From Neoechinorhynchus agilis (taxonomy: Eukaryota > Animalia > Acanthocephala), in NCBI GenBank assembly GCA_051530055.1, contig CM121341.1, positions 3,567,738 through 3,631,737 on the forward strand: a stretch of DNA of 64,000 bases, given 5' to 3'. Within the stretch, counting starts at the first letter, position 1. Each line of letters begins with the position of its first letter. The notes under the pieces are model-generated. The model did not search any database and was not told the DNA's origin. It worked only from the letters and a program-made list of their open reading frames with translations. Both the position numbers and the translations under genes were made by a program. Positions 12,726 through 25,816 of the stretch are shown piece by piece.

Positions 12726-13852
12726 ATCGCAAAAGTGTCATCATGTAAACCTATGATTATTTTACCTTAACCCATCATCCGCCGTTTGTATAAATAAATC
12801 CAACAGAGGTCCGTCTTAAGGGTCACCAGACGCGTCCCAATAGACAGTCTGTACACAAGGGAAATTATGCTATAACACGACTTCCATCATAAACAAATCC
12901 CGCCTTATTTCATCAGAATCCATTCAAAATTCCATCATTTCTTCGTCCCATTCGTTAGTTCGCTTCTAAAAGCTGTAACTGCATAACTAATCAACAAAGG
13001 TGACAATCAAGGCACTCTTTAAGGTCCACCATCATCTCTTCCTATTTATATTGTACATAATTAAAACCATGACAGATGGCATCCTAAAGAGAGTCTCAAT
13101 TATTGATTCACCAAAAGCCTACGGTCCACATAGTTTCGCATGGAAACCTTCATAATACCAGTTTCGCAGCTATACTCAGGGGATTTGAAGTTAATTTCAT
13201 TAATACACCACATTCAATGCATTTTGGAATCGAAAAATTAATGGTGGTAGTTTCGCTGCCTTTTTCGGGCCTGTGAAATGCAAGTCCACACCAAAAGGAA
13301 GAGATCATAAATTGGATTTGCATTGTAAATTACAGAAAAAATTGATTTTCTAACGAAATTTATCCGAAACTGTCCAGCTCACCGGACATCATTAATTAGA
13401 CTTTAAATAATATCCCTCGTGAATTAAGCGTTTATGAATTTCATTAAAGTACTTGCGACATCAATGCAATCTTTTCAAATCGCCATCTCGCACCTTCTTC
13501 ACACATTTGAAATCAAATTAATGAGGCGCTATCGAGGGTAATTAAAAAAAACAATAGAAAACGTGCCAACCAATTTATTCAACGATGATATAAAATCGAT
13601 TTATAACCTAAAACAGCTTTCTTTGACCTCGAAACGATTTCAGCAATTTAATCGATTATTCGCCCTTTATTTAACACGTTTTCTTGTAAACGTTTCAATT
13701 ATGTATTAAAACGACAATTGTTCTTAAAAAACGATATAGTATACGGAAATTATTCATATTTCTACACACTTTGACCAAAATTTAGGTTAATGATGCGATT
13801 TAGCATATTGAGCTAAATCAATATAAAGAAAAACTTTGAGAATTACATTTGG

Positions 13853-14067
13853 GGTCTTCAGTGAGCTATCACCACCCCGAGAATTAAACATTAATTATTG
13901 AATTAAATATTTCGGAACCTGAGTTCCCTCTTCAGTTAATTATTTTTTGAGTGTGCTGTGTGGTTTACACTCAAAAATAATTTACTGAAGAGGGAACTCA
14001 GGTTCCGAAATATTTAATTCAATAATTAATGTTTAATTTTCGGGGTGGTGACAGCTCACCGAAGACC
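13853..14067. mobile_element. Foldback MITE with near-perfect arms of about 100 bp
   Basis: GGTCTTCAGTGAGCT...TTTTTGAGTGT mirrors ACACTCAAAAA...AGCTCACCGAAGACC. Confidence 0.85.
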
Positions 14068-14515
14068 AAAATAAACAAAAACAATGGCTAAAGAGCTAGA
14101 TAAGAATGTTTGCATGATTATTCGATACAAGAATTGTAACCAAAAGAAGGAAATTTCTCATAGTCCGTCGCAGATTTCGCTCGATCGATATTAGAATCTC
14201 TTGTACAAGTATTGAAAAATAAGGCTGCAATATTTTCCTCTTCTAATCTTTGTATTTTATAACGAATAAATATTATTTTAATTGATTCGAAATAGTAAAC
14301 AATTTGTATAATTGTCAGTATGTTTAGAAATTTGATTTTCCGATTATCGATCAACCTCGTGATAAACACAGTTTTTAAAAATTTCTATCTTTTTTCCCAC
14401 TATTCTTTTACAATCATTGAATTGCTCTTATTCGATCACTGCATTTCTCATATTATAAAAGTTGTTTATTTAATTATTTAACATACTTTTTACTTGACAT
14501 TCTGGATCACGACCG

Positions 14516-15790
14516 ATGATTCCGATGCCGTCCTCCCTCTTCACTCGGAACCTGGAATATGAGGGCGGAAACTTACTCCCCAAAAAAAAGGGCAAAGTGA
14601 AGAGTTCTCAACAGAATTGCGTGGTTTGTGATAGGATTTTCTCCCTGACAAAAACAGGAGTTCTTAGGGTCCATGGACCCCGCAATTCACGCTGCGACGG
14701 TTCCGGTTCACCCAATAAGTCCATTGATGGTGTGTGCCAGAATTCTCTCACGACATCACCAATACAAAAATGAAATTCCATTTGTAGGGAATATTGTGAG
14801 CGAGTTCTGCCCAGGAAAGCTATGCAAAGAATCCCAAGGGGCGAGCGATATCAGGCCAGAGTTGTCGTGGATGCGTCTTTTTTTCGAATCCTAGACTAGT
14901 GTTTTCCGCTGGTGATGTTTTTGAGGGATCTCTGACCACAAAAATAAAAGAGCGAATAATTTCCTTTGAGTAAAATCTTAATGCCTATCGACAGTATGAG
15001 AGCTACGTAAGGAGTGTGTCAAGGAGCGTGACCACCACCGAAACTCAAATCGGTTGCTCGCTGGACGCGTTTCTTCGAAGCTCGCTGACGGAGATGTCAG
15101 AGTTCTTTTATCATCAATGGACAGTCTCGCCAAAGATAACGAAGAAACTTTGCGAACTCTTCGTTCCAAACATCCCAGTGACGGCGGTCAGCAGTATTTC
15201 GTTAAATCTTCGTCTTTTGATTCAATCTCTTATGTTTTATCATCGAAATCAGAATTACAGAAGGCAATCTCCTCTTTTGCTAACGGATCAGCTCACGGGC
15301 TTGACGGGCAGGCTAAGCTGGTAAAATTAGACGAGACTTGAAAGCCTCCCTCGAGAAAATTTTAAATACTCAGCTGTCGGACGAGGCCTGACGTCAAGCG
15401 TCCTTGCCTGTGTCGTCCGGCGGTTTGGGTATCTGAAAAGCAGCCGATATTTCTCTGCCAGCTTATTTGGGATCGTATGAAGAAAGCCGCAAAATAGCTA
15501 AATTCGTTCTTGGTGAGAATTACACTTTGGATGAAGATTTCGTGGAGGCGCTTTATCTTTGGTGTGGAAATTTATTTAGCGAGCAGGTCCCCGCCAATGG
15601 TTGCAAACAATCCGTTTAGAACTCACCCCTGGTAGCGAGAATTCACAACTATTTAATTTCAGATTCTCGTGACCTGGTGAACCGAACTTGAGACGCCGCA
15701 TTCATGGACACGCTCGCAGCCAGCAACATAAAATTCGCCACTATTAAAGCGGAGGAGGAGCAGCCGCCGCCACTGAGGAACTCAAAAGGA
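14516..15790 (+). mobile_element. Decayed non-LTR retrotransposon, CRE-clade-like, internally deleted
   Basis: N-terminal zinc finger CVVC..HGPRNSRC, then VSSKLADGDVR..LRSKHP..AISSFANGSAHGLDG, then DAAFMDTLAASNI from the RLE region. Multiple stops and frameshifts. Confidence 0.75.
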
Positions 15791-16560
15791 CAAAATACTT
15801 CGACTTGGGTTGAAATCATTATTTCGTTCCCTTTCGCGTCGAGACGCTCGGGTCGTTGACGTGAATGTTGGTAAGATTTGGTCGAGATAAAGCTATTTGG
15901 TTTAATTTAAAATTATAATTGATTTAGTTTAGGTCATTTCTTAATGAACTTTTATTTGTTCGGTTACAAACCATATTCACGGTGCTACTATCAAAAATTT
16001 AACAAACTTGAAAAGTGCCCAATCAATTCGTGATTGTGTAAAAGCTTGTAAATCCGTTTTTAAAATGTCCAACTGGTAGAATAATCATGATAAATAAACA
16101 TTAAATATCATGGATGATCGATTGTACGCTTCCAAATCAACGAGAATGACAATTTCGGCAGCTCGTAGGTCTGTATATTGTCAATTTTGTTTGTAAAGGA
16201 CAATTCGTCGTTGTTAACTCTGGATTACTGGCAATGAATTATGTTTTTTACACTGCAAGGAAACTGAGAATTCATTGGATGGTTGTATGTTTTCCTCATT
16301 TTAATCTTCTTATCGCCAGTTTCACAATTGTTTTAGAACAAAATCACTGCTCGAGATAAAAGTTATGTACTTTTGGCGATCACACAGGTTTAATATTGAA
16401 TGGATTAATTTATTGTTTGTCTTGAAGCCTGGAGTTAAATTCGAGGTTTATATAAAAAAATAATTTAAAAAATAGTAAGGAATGCGATAATTTTGGATAT
16501 TGACATTTATCCGAAATCTAATTCGGGTTTTCTAGCAAACATCCTCTAGTCAATTTTGTA

Positions 16561-16797
16561 CTAGGCGATTGGGGCAACTCTTTTAATCCTTAGAGCGATA
16601 AACGCTTGCGTTTCTGCATCCAACAAAATTAAAATAATTATTGGAATAAGTATTGATATGATCATCCAAAAATCAAGACGATTTTCAGCATTTATATAAA
16701 ACTGCTCGCATGTATCATTCTGTATTGAATCAATTTTTTTTACCAGATCGCATTCGCCACTTCTAAGAGTGAGTAAAATACAAATAAAGTGAAACAT
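16561..16797 (-). CDS. Hypothetical small type I membrane protein (78 aa)
   Basis: Signal-like MFHFICILLTLRSGEC and TM FWMIISILIPIIILILL. Confidence 0.45.
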   Translation of the reverse strand: MFHFICILLTLRSGECDLVKKIDSIQNDTCEQFYINAENRLDFWMIISILIPIIILILLDAETQAFIALRIKRVAPIA

Positions 16798-17172
16798 GCA
16801 AGTGGTTAGCAAAAATTAGAACAAATCTTTCGATCAATCACTTTGCACGAATTTTTAACAAGCTAAATAAGCAACTATTTACGGCACACTGAACGTATTT
16901 GTGCGAAAACATCTTACAAAATCTTAATGAATACTCGTTAGCTCGATCTCGGGCGCTAAATTGAAAGTGATTTTTCGGTTGTCACCTTAAAATGAGTTAC
17001 AGACTGATTTTCCGCAGCATTTTCCTAACCAAATTAATTTATATCAAAAACGATTTCGCCGAAGATACACCAAATAAATTTGTTCGCCTAAGATTTAATC
17101 AACAAGATTAACTTCCATTGACGAACTTTCAGATTGTCATACAGTTTTCTATTTGGTTACTTTTCTTTACAC

Positions 17173-17340
17173 TCAACACCTCCCACCAAATTCCAGCTTT
17201 TGTCCTTCCTCGACCGTCGCCATCACGCTGGCAGCATTGCCCCGTTGTATGAAATAATTCGCGCTTTGTCGAAAATCCATTTTGCTGTATACTTTTTTTT
17301 CAACACTGAAAGGACTGCTTCGCAATTTTATCCATAGATT
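17173..17340 (-). mobile_element. 3' fragment of CRE-like retrotransposon
   Basis: IQRGNAASVMATV, the terminal motif of this element group. Confidence 0.65.
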
Positions 17341-17851
17341 GCTTGCGACCCCACTGTTTTTTCCAAGCAACTGAGTTTCAAATGACAAATCACGATTTTA
17401 TTATTATCCCTAGATACTTTCAATATCTAATAATAAATTTCTTTTAGCAAAACTAACATTAACCTACACGTGTTTTAACTTTAGATTGCTCTTACGAATG
17501 ACATTCAGAATAGAAAAGGTCTTACATTACCCCCACCAACGTCAAAATGCTTATTTTTCCCAAATATATGAATTTTTAATTTTTTTGGATATTTACTATT
17601 TGTCGAGATGAAACTATTGCTTGAGGTGAGATTTAATATTGTTATTAAAACGTTAATGCATCTTTGATTTTAACAATATAGAAAATTATCGCGCACAGAT
17701 TTCGTCCGTGGATACCAAAGATATTCGATCTCAAAAAACAAACATTTAAGTATAAAAAATTAAGATCTTAATATTTTCGCATTTCGTATGCTAAAAACGA
17801 ATACACAACTCATCGTGCTAATTTGAACTTTAAAGAACATTTATGAATTTA

Positions 17852-18871
17852 TTACAAGTTTTCAGACAATGGCAGAATACTATTGCCGTTTACGAGTCCA
17901 TTCATTCGGCTGTAGGGAGGAAAGGATAACTCAAGAACTTCCTTTTCAGTCTCCGTTAATCTTTTAGGAAAGATTATATCAAAATGAACGACGAGGTCCC
18001 CTCGCTGATTAGTTTGGTTAACAATAGGCAAGCCCATTCCTCTCAATCGCTTCTCTGTCTTTGGTGTGATCACATCTGACCACTTTAGCAATCGTTGGTC
18101 GTTATTTACAGTCGGAATCATCAATCTCCCTCCCAGTAGTGCTGATTTTAGTGGAATTTTCGCAATAAAAACAATATCATTTCCGATTCTCTTAAATGTA
18201 TGGTGGGGTTTATCACGAAGAACAAATATCACATCAGCAGGAATAACGCCTGGTGTTTTGTCGCCTTCCCTCTCAAAAATAATTCGGGTTCCTTCTTTCC
18301 ATCCGGGTTTTATATCAATTGTAACAATCTTTTCCTCATTTCGAACGGTACTATCTTTCCTAGAAGTAACCTTTCGCGTGATCTTTATCCGCCTCTTAGC
18401 TCCGTTCATAACTTCCTCAAGCGAAACGTACAAATCATGGAATATGAGCAACGATTCATATAGAATTTCAGCCCAATGCGAAAAGGTGAATCGGTGCGGT
18501 TCTACGGGTGGATCTTTATAAACTATATTATGCTGACTGGAAGCGAAATCAGCACCATCATGAGACGAATAGAACCCATTGACTCCTTCTTGTGCCCATT
18601 GTGAATAAGAATCATTGAACGTCGCGCTCTTCTTCATTCCATCAGCTCCATACAAATCATAGTTTCGTCTTTTTTCTTTATTACTCAGCACATCGAATGC
18701 CTTAGATATTTTAGCGAACATTCGATGACTATTGGGATCACCGCTTTTATCTGGATGATATACAAATGCCAGTCTCTTAAACGCTTGTCTAATGTCCTGA
18801 TCGGTGGCATTCTTAGTAATTCCCAGCAACTTGTAGTAGTCATCGTCGCTAGGAGTCGGCGCTTTGACCAT
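17852..18871 (-). CDS. DNAJB: DnaJ/Hsp40 class B chaperone (DNAJB1/4/5/13-like)
   Basis: J domain with HPD, then KDPPV..HDLYVSLEE, IKPGWKEGTRI and IPADVIF. A 20-codon in-frame insert splits DPPV from HDL. Confidence 0.92.
   Translation of the reverse strand: MVKAPTPSDDDYYKLLGITKNATDQDIRQAFKRLAFVYHPDKSGDPNSHRMFAKISKAFDVLSNKEKRRNYDLYGADGMKKSATFNDSYSQWAQEGVNGFYSSHDGADFASSQHNIVYKDPPVEPHRFTFSHWAEILYESLLIFHDLYVSLEEVMNGAKRRIKITRKVTSRKDSTVRNEEKIVTIDIKPGWKEGTRIIFEREGDKTPGVIPADVIFVLRDKPHHTFKRIGNDIVFIAKIPLKSALLGGRLMIPTVNNDQRLLKWSDVITPKTEKRLRGMGLPIVNQTNQRGDLVVHFDIIFPKRLTETEKEVLELSFPPYSRMNGLVNGNSILPLSENL
18444..18503 (-). other. Putative non-canonical hairpin intron in DNAJB (60 nt, AG..AT, TA-bounded)
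   Basis: CCCGT|AGAACC...GCTCAT|ATTCCAT. Removal restores DPPVFHDL (family DPPVxHDL). Stem GCACCGATTCA/TGAATCGTTGC, 10 of 11 paired. Confidence 0.65.
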
Positions 18872-19689
18872 CCCGATTCAAAAATCAGGGTTTAACCAAG
18901 CACGATTGAGAACTTTTATCTAAAAGTAGGCGTTTGAAATGTAGCTAAAAACACGTAGACTGTCGTTGTGCTCAGAAACAAAAGCGAACTCTGCTAGAAA
19001 GGAGTCCTACTGTCAACTGTTGACGAGTTGTGATTGCTGTTCAAGGTCCTCGGTGTCTGAATGTGTGTCGCAATGGGACCTCATCAAAATGAGTGCAGCA
19101 GTAAATCAACGTGAATTCCCGAGGGGCGAGTCCAACGTTTAAAATGATTAAAAAACTGACCAATTATAAACCCAATTGTTATTTTTTTGTTAGGGAAGAG
19201 CTAAAATAAAAAATCTTCCCTTGGTGGGAGCTGGTGAATATGCAGTTGGGTGTGCGTGCGAGTGAATCGTTGTACTCCACTAAAAGTGTTCTTTTTCTAA
19301 CAAAAAGACTCATCGTCATATCTCAGCGCATGTTACAACAAACGAGTTTTCTTAGATTTAGTGCATAAAATATTATCTCACTTAAACAATAAAACACCCT
19401 CAGTTTTTAAATAATTCTTCAGAAATAATAAGAAAAAGGATTTGCTCATAAAACTTCTTAATATTTGAGATAAACGTTTATGAACTAAACATACCGATCC
19501 ATGCCTCGCTTCTCCATTTAAAGCACGCAGTCATAACCCATTTAATAGATATTTGTCTAACATCTAAAACAATGGAATCTCAAGTGGAGAAAAAAGAACC
19601 CGTATCTTACTCCTACATCACAACTTAAGTAAGTAGAAAAATTATTTTGTTTACTGATTTTTTCATTGGTTTTAAACTTACATTCTTTA

Positions 19690-20510
19690 ATGACTAAATT
19701 TAAAACTCGCTCTCCGATTTGTTAAATTCGATTTTCAATAAAAGTCTAATTCGGAATGCAATTGACTCCTAATTAAAAAAATTGTTTAATGGCTAATTTT
19801 AAAATACGCTCTAAGATTTGTTAAATTTGAGTTTATAAAAATCTCATTCGGAATGCAATGGATTTAGAATTAAAAAATTGTTTAATGACTAATTTAAAAC
19901 CTCGCTTTAATATTTATCAAATTTGAGTTTCTATAAAAATCTCATTCGGAATGCAATGGATTTAGAATTAAAAAGTTGTTTTATGACTAATTTAAAACCT
20001 CGCTTTCCTATTTATCAAATTTGAGTTTCTATAAAAATCTCATTCGGAATGCAATGGCCTAAGAATTAAAAAAATTGTTTAATGACTAATTTTAAAACTC
20101 GCTCTTCGATTTGTTAAATTCGATTTTCAATAAAAGTCTAATTTGGAATGCAATTGACTCCTAATTAAAAAAATTGTTAAATTGGCTAATTTTAAAATAC
20201 GCTCTTAGATTTGTTAAATTTGAGTTTCAATAAAAATCTCATTCGGAATGCAATGGATTAAGAATTAAAAAAATTTTTAATGACTAATTTAAAACCTCGC
20301 TTTCCTATTTATCAAATTTGAGTTTCTATAAAAATCTCATTCGGAATGCAATGGATTTAGAATTAAAAAATTGTTTAATGACTAATTTTAAAATACGCTC
20401 TTAGATTTGTTAAATTTGAGTTTCAATAAACGTCTAATTCGGAATGCAATGTCCTAAGAATTAAAAAATTGTTTTATGACTAATTTAAACCTCGCTTTCC
20501 TATTTATGCC
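19690..20510. repeat. Tandem repeat, unit about 98 bp, about 8 copies
   Basis: The ATTCGGAATGCAAT motif (one copy ATTTGG) recurs at about 19749, 19846, 19944, 20042, 20141, 20241, 20339 and 20437. Confidence 0.95.
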
Positions 20511-20629
20511 TAAATTCTGTTCATCAAATCACTACTTTGGGCAAGCAATTTCATTTGCACGGCAAACACACGATCCTTATCCGATGTCACGACCCGTTGA
20601 CGCTGCAATGATACAATTTGGCGCGCGCT

Positions 20630-22260
20630 TCAACCGGCAACACCAGAAAATCCGTCGACGCTCCCCGATGACGCCGGCAGTCTTCCTTCCGCTGCTGATA
20701 TCGTGCGTGTTCTTCCCAGGAACATTCTGAAACGGATCCCAAAGGGCGCATGATATCTAGTAGCTAAAGGATTCACCACATTTCTGCTGGACTGCTTCAC
20801 GCAAAATTCAGTCCTCTTGGTCACGGCGGAGGAGTCCCTCACTGTGGTAATCAAAAGACGCCTCGTTTCTCTTGAGGAAAGTTTCTCGAGCACTCTTCGT
20901 TTAGCAAAGAAGGATCCCAAACAACATGCGAATGAGACCAACTGCCATCGAACATCTACGAGACCGCTTGCTGAGTGCGTATCTTCGAAACTCGCCGATG
21001 GAGATGATCCAATAGCGCACTCTCTCCATTCCAACTTTAACGTTTGGTACATGGATGACACTACGCTCGGAGGTGATCCCTCCATAGTACTGAGCGATCT
21101 GGAGATACTCGTAAGGGAGACCGCGAGATTGGGCCTTGAGCTTAATGCAATGAAATGCGAACTGTTGGTAATGAACATCGAAGATGAGTCAGCGCAGAGC
21201 GAAATCGTCAAAAGTTTTCGAAATCTGGTACCCGGTTTAGAATTGATCACTCTAGACCGACTGAGTCTTCTAGGGAGCTGCGTTTTTGATTCTAATGTGG
21301 AAAATGAAATCGACCATCTTCTCCCGAAAATCACGATACTTTGCGATAGAGTCCGGGAACTTTCGTCACACGAGGCTCTATTCCTGATCAAGAATACCCT
21401 CTTCATCCCGAAACTACTTTATAAACTGCGTACGGCTTCCTTCTCAAGCACATCGATAAGTTAAAGAAGCTCGATGACATTGTAAAGGCGTGTCTCGAGC
21501 ACTTTTTAAATATCCAGTTATCAGACGAGACTCGGCGACAAGCTTCATTGCCTGTATCGTCCGGTGGCTTGAGTATTCGAGAAACAGTAGATGTGTCGTT
21601 GCCCGCGTTTCTAGGATCATTCGAAGGAAGTCGGGATCTGGTAAAGTGTATATTGGGACCCAAGTTCTGTTTTGCGGACGAATTTCTAGTAGCGGTCCAA
21701 GAATGGTGGGCGAAGACGGGTTACAACCAAGTTCCCGTGAATGAAGCAATCTAACGGGGATAAACCTTGAGTCGCCCGAGCTCATAGTTTTCTAATTTCA
21801 GACTCGCGGCGAGATCGACCGGGCTAGATTACTGGGAGCCTCTACAGGAGAATCGGTAGCATGGTTAGAATCCTTACCCATTGTATCCATGGGAACACTC
21901 CTACACGAAGCAGTTCGGATCGGAGTGTCCATCGGATTAGGTCTACCGATTTGTGTCGAACATCGTTGCCGGTGTGGCACTAGTCCCCAGGGGGAGCGGC
22001 TACTGCCGCGGAGGACCGAAAGGTTGCGAAATATAAAGAATTTAGCACGTCTCACGTTTTTGTACCTTTTGGAGTGGAGACTCTTGGTGCGCTCGGTAGC
22101 TCGGCACTTAGATTTACGAAGGAATTATCCAGTAGATTCCATGCCAAGACGGGAAATACAAGAGTTGGTGCTTTCCTGCGCAAAACATTGGTCTCGCGAT
22201 GTGGTCGCGACCACTGAAAGGAGAACGATGCCTCTTCTTCGTGGACGGTAGTGATTGTTG
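20630..22260 (+). mobile_element. Decayed CRE-clade-like non-LTR retrotransposon (RT plus RLE remnants)
   Basis: RT motif NVWYMDDTTLGG, GLELNAMKCEL, PKLLYKLRT, LGLPICVEHRCRCG and FVPFGVETLGALG. Frameshifts and internal deletions. Confidence 0.85.
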
Positions 22261-22684
22261 AAACGCTTTATTGTTGTGTGTTTGTTTCATTTGTTTGTAT
22301 AGAAAGAAAATAAGACTGATTTAACTAAATTGTCACTCTAAATCCTATAGAATATTAATCTTTGAAAAAATTCCCGGAACTTGTAAACAAGAAGATTGCT
22401 AGATAAAAATAGTTACAAGAATGTTGCTTATGAGATTTAATCAAACTTTTTGGAAAGGTGAATTCTATCGGCAAGCAAACAGCATTATTCCATTTTATAG
22501 TAATTAATGAAACTCGCATTTTAGGATCCTAATTGTAATGCACTCAGGTCAAAGGTTGCTGACTTTCCAAAGATATGACAAACAAAACTGAAGCATTTCA
22601 AACTAATTGCATAGCGATACAGACAAAGAGGATCAAAATTGATTCCATCATTCGGTTACTGAAAAGTGATAATGTTAATTGCTA

Positions 22685-23240
22685 TTCTTTGGCAACGCCT
22701 CAACGAAGAAAATTAATAACGTTGTTTACAAACAAGTGTTTAAATTTTCGTATTGTTTTACTCTGGATGATTTTCGGCGTGAAAGGAAGGAAATTTTGAT
22801 TTGCATGGAAAAAAGTACCTGATTTGATCTTGAAAAATCTTGAATTAAAATCTTCGATGGTCATTTGCTTTATTTTGAATTTAACAAATTCTGCTTTGGC
22901 TATTGACGCAATCTCAGATCAAAGATCAATCAATTTTTTTTAAACAAAAAATTGAATGGGCTTATTAATTGTCGAAAAGCGTTTTTATTCGCGCAAAGCA
23001 ATGAAAGGATCAGGAAATATTGTCATTTTAGTCAAACTTCCAATGCGAATTAAAGTTACACCTCTGGACATGCAAAATAATTGTGTTTCCGATAATAAGT
23101 GGAAAGGAGAATTTATCAATTGAAATGCAAATCATTGGACTTATCGGTTGTAAATCGATCTCGATTATTTGCGCGGTGGTGAACAACATTTGAGTTTTTT
23201 AGAATTATTCCTTGCTCGCCGATAGCGAACTAATCGTAGC
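22685..23240. repeat. Dispersed duplication, copy 1 (copy 2 at about 26697-27200)
   Basis: Near-identical sequence from ATTCTTTGGCAACGCCTCAACG to GATAGCGAACTAATCGTAGC, with small indels. Confidence 0.9.
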
Positions 23241-23547
23241 TATCTGCAGAATATTGGTATCGAATCAAATGAAATCGAAGACCGCGAAGTGTTCGTTAGT
23301 AGTGATTCCGAACATAATAACGACAGAGGTGATTTTTAAAAATTGGTAAGAGTAGTTAGTTTGAATGTTCTTATTTGGCGTATTTTTTGATTATGTTTGT
23401 AAATTTTGTTTAAATTGATTAAGAGCGCGTGAATATGTTTACTTAATTTTCTGACGGAACAATTTAAAACAAAAATCTTCTAGTGCTTCTCAGAATCAAT
23501 TGGCTCGTATTTTTAGATTATCGAGAATTTATAACAAATTTTATATT

Positions 23548-23981
23548 TTAAAAAGACCATTGATTGCTCCCCAAAATCGTATAAACGCTCATTTTCTTAA
23601 AAACAATATAAATATCAAGGGTCGTCGCCTTGAGCCGCTTTATAATCTTTCTATGAACCTCACAACTTCCACCATCATTTTCACCCGAGCTCATTGTTGA
23701 CGCAACCTTGGCAACTAAATTTAAGATGTAAAAGTCATTTTAGTTATTAAACTTACCTATTGGAGATACCCGTTGAATAAGAAGAACAATTTTATCTTTA
23801 ATGTAGTCCAGATTAATTTGTGCTTTACGAAATACATTCGAATCCATAATGAGGTACAATTCGGTTTCGAGTTTATTCAGTGATTTAAAAATGATTCGGC
23901 GTGATTCCTGGAGGATTTTGGTCGCTTGGTACTTTTTTGGTTTCGGTGAAGGTTTAAATTGAAATCGTGCCTTAATATCTC
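23548..23981 (-). CDS. 3' exons of a hypothetical protein
   Basis: About 130 open codons across a GT-AG intron (…IQRVSPI|VAKVAST…). Upstream exons unresolved. Confidence 0.45.
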
Positions 23982-24811
23982 CTTATTTTTTTAAGAAAAA
24001 CTATCGTTTGCTTTACCTGAAAGTTTTTGGCGTTATAACCAAGTTCCATGGGATTCATATCGACGCGTTCATTTCACGAATTTTATTTTCATTGAAACGC
24101 TCTGAGTCACACTGCTCTCGTGGAAATTTCTTTTCTGTAACTTCAGACTGTACTTCACAGAACGGAATTTTATTAGATACACCACAGAAAATTCATTTTT
24201 ATGCAATTTTTAGTCGAGCAACGTGATTTATTATATTTTTTTATTCGGTCTCGGCCATTTGCTTTCAGGATTGGATCGAGAAAAAAACGTTGGATCGCTT
24301 TTTCTGACATTATCCGCGACCTTCGATTCACACGAAGTGATGTCTGTAGTTCTTCAAAAAACCCACTCCAACTCCGATTTTAAAGATATAATCTTTTTTT
24401 AGTTTTAATCGATGTCGACAACAAGTTTACCACCCTGCCACACACCGGTCGAATTCATGTACTCAACCTTATGAACATCATGCTTTTGTGTCCCTAAAAA
24501 AGAGACATGATTTACAATTGACAAAAATGTTTCGTTAATGAGCGCTCCACACACACACACTCAATAACGTCCTAGTGGGTCACCGAAAACTAAAGTCGCA
24601 ATCGAAATCATCTTTTTGGCTTCTCAAAATAACCGAAGAGTCCCATCTCGTTCAAGTCGCCATGAATGTCAAGTACTCGTTATTCTCATAAGACTTTCCA
24701 ATACTAAATCCCTACCTAAGACTTGTGATTATTCAAGCAACCAATACCATTTCTTCACCACTTAAACAAAGCCCTTTTTATTCTTCAAGATTAATAATCC
24801 TTTCTTCGAAT

Positions 24812-25816
24812 TTATGGTCTTGGTACAAAACCGGGTCCGACTCGGGCTCCTGGCACATATTGGGGAACAGGTCGGGGTGGAAGGCGAGCACGATATCTTG
24901 GTCTATATCCTCGGAATGCTGGCGCTCGTCGTGGACTTCTAGCGGACGCCAAAAGTGGAATGAGACTTGCAGCTCCTGCGAGAAGTCCAATAGCACCAAA
25001 AAGACCCAAAAGGACCGATGGTACGATTACAGCCGTTCGATAACTGTTTCTGTTCACATTCGTAGTCAAAGCTATGAACAATCAATGGAGATTTTTGGGT
25101 TTTTTGAACATGTCACCTACGGCAAAATTGGTCAGCAGAAAAGCAACGTTCACCTGTTGCACTCATGTTGCCTTCACACACGATCCCAGCAGAACCATCA
25201 AATCTTCTGCAGGTTTGTGGAATCGTTTGTGCCGTGCCTATTTTTAAGATCAATGTTTAGGTTTAAAAAGAAAACTTTTGATTGACTCACAGCAAGTACT
25301 CTCGGTCTCCACATTCGCGCAGCTGAATAACAAAGGTACTGGTAGTGTATCACCCGGACATTCAGCTCGTCCTTAGTCATCGTAAATGCGGCGGCAGCAC
25401 AAATTGGTATAACTCACTGCACAAACGGTCGTTCGTATAGCATGTATCAGTAGTAGTATTTCCACGACATTCAACCCCAGAAACTCCTGCCAGATCAGTA
25501 CAAGGACGAGGCCTATTTGCTCTATTAGAACCTGAAAAGATCGTATATTTGTCTTTGATTTCTTTTTCCACTTACAGCAAATAATTTGTCGAACGCCTCC
25601 AGAACACGTTTCAGTGAGGGTTATTGGAAAAAATCCCGTTTCGCACGGGGCTTGGGCACCTAATCGACTGTGTACATCCCGATTCGAAGAAACAATTATC
25701 GAACTTACTTGTTAAATGAATCAGCAAAGTCGATAATATAAGTATAGCTGTTCAAAGTGTTTAAGTCAAAAAAGGTGAACCGGGCAAACAAAATCCAAAG
25801 TACCTTTAATGAACAT
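24812..25816 (-). CDS. Cys-rich repeat type I membrane protein, several short GT-AG introns
   Basis: Spliced product MFIKAILILSTLLIHLTSAQAPCETG..., repeated C-x-G-x-EC..C modules, TM AVIVPSVLLGLFGAIGLLAGAASLI and an Arg/Pro tail. Every intron examined is in-frame GT-AG. Confidence 0.7.

Noticed and set aside
18066-18521. Antisense or overlapping ORFs (18066, 20630, 24725, 39396, 57220 and similar)
   Set aside because: They are shadows of real genes or of the retroelement on the other strand, with no independent homology.
19030-19100. Hammerhead ribozyme on the minus strand (TTGATGA-GGTCC...GGACC-TTGAAC)
   Set aside because: The core deviates from CUGAUGA and GAAA, and there is no stem I or NUH site.
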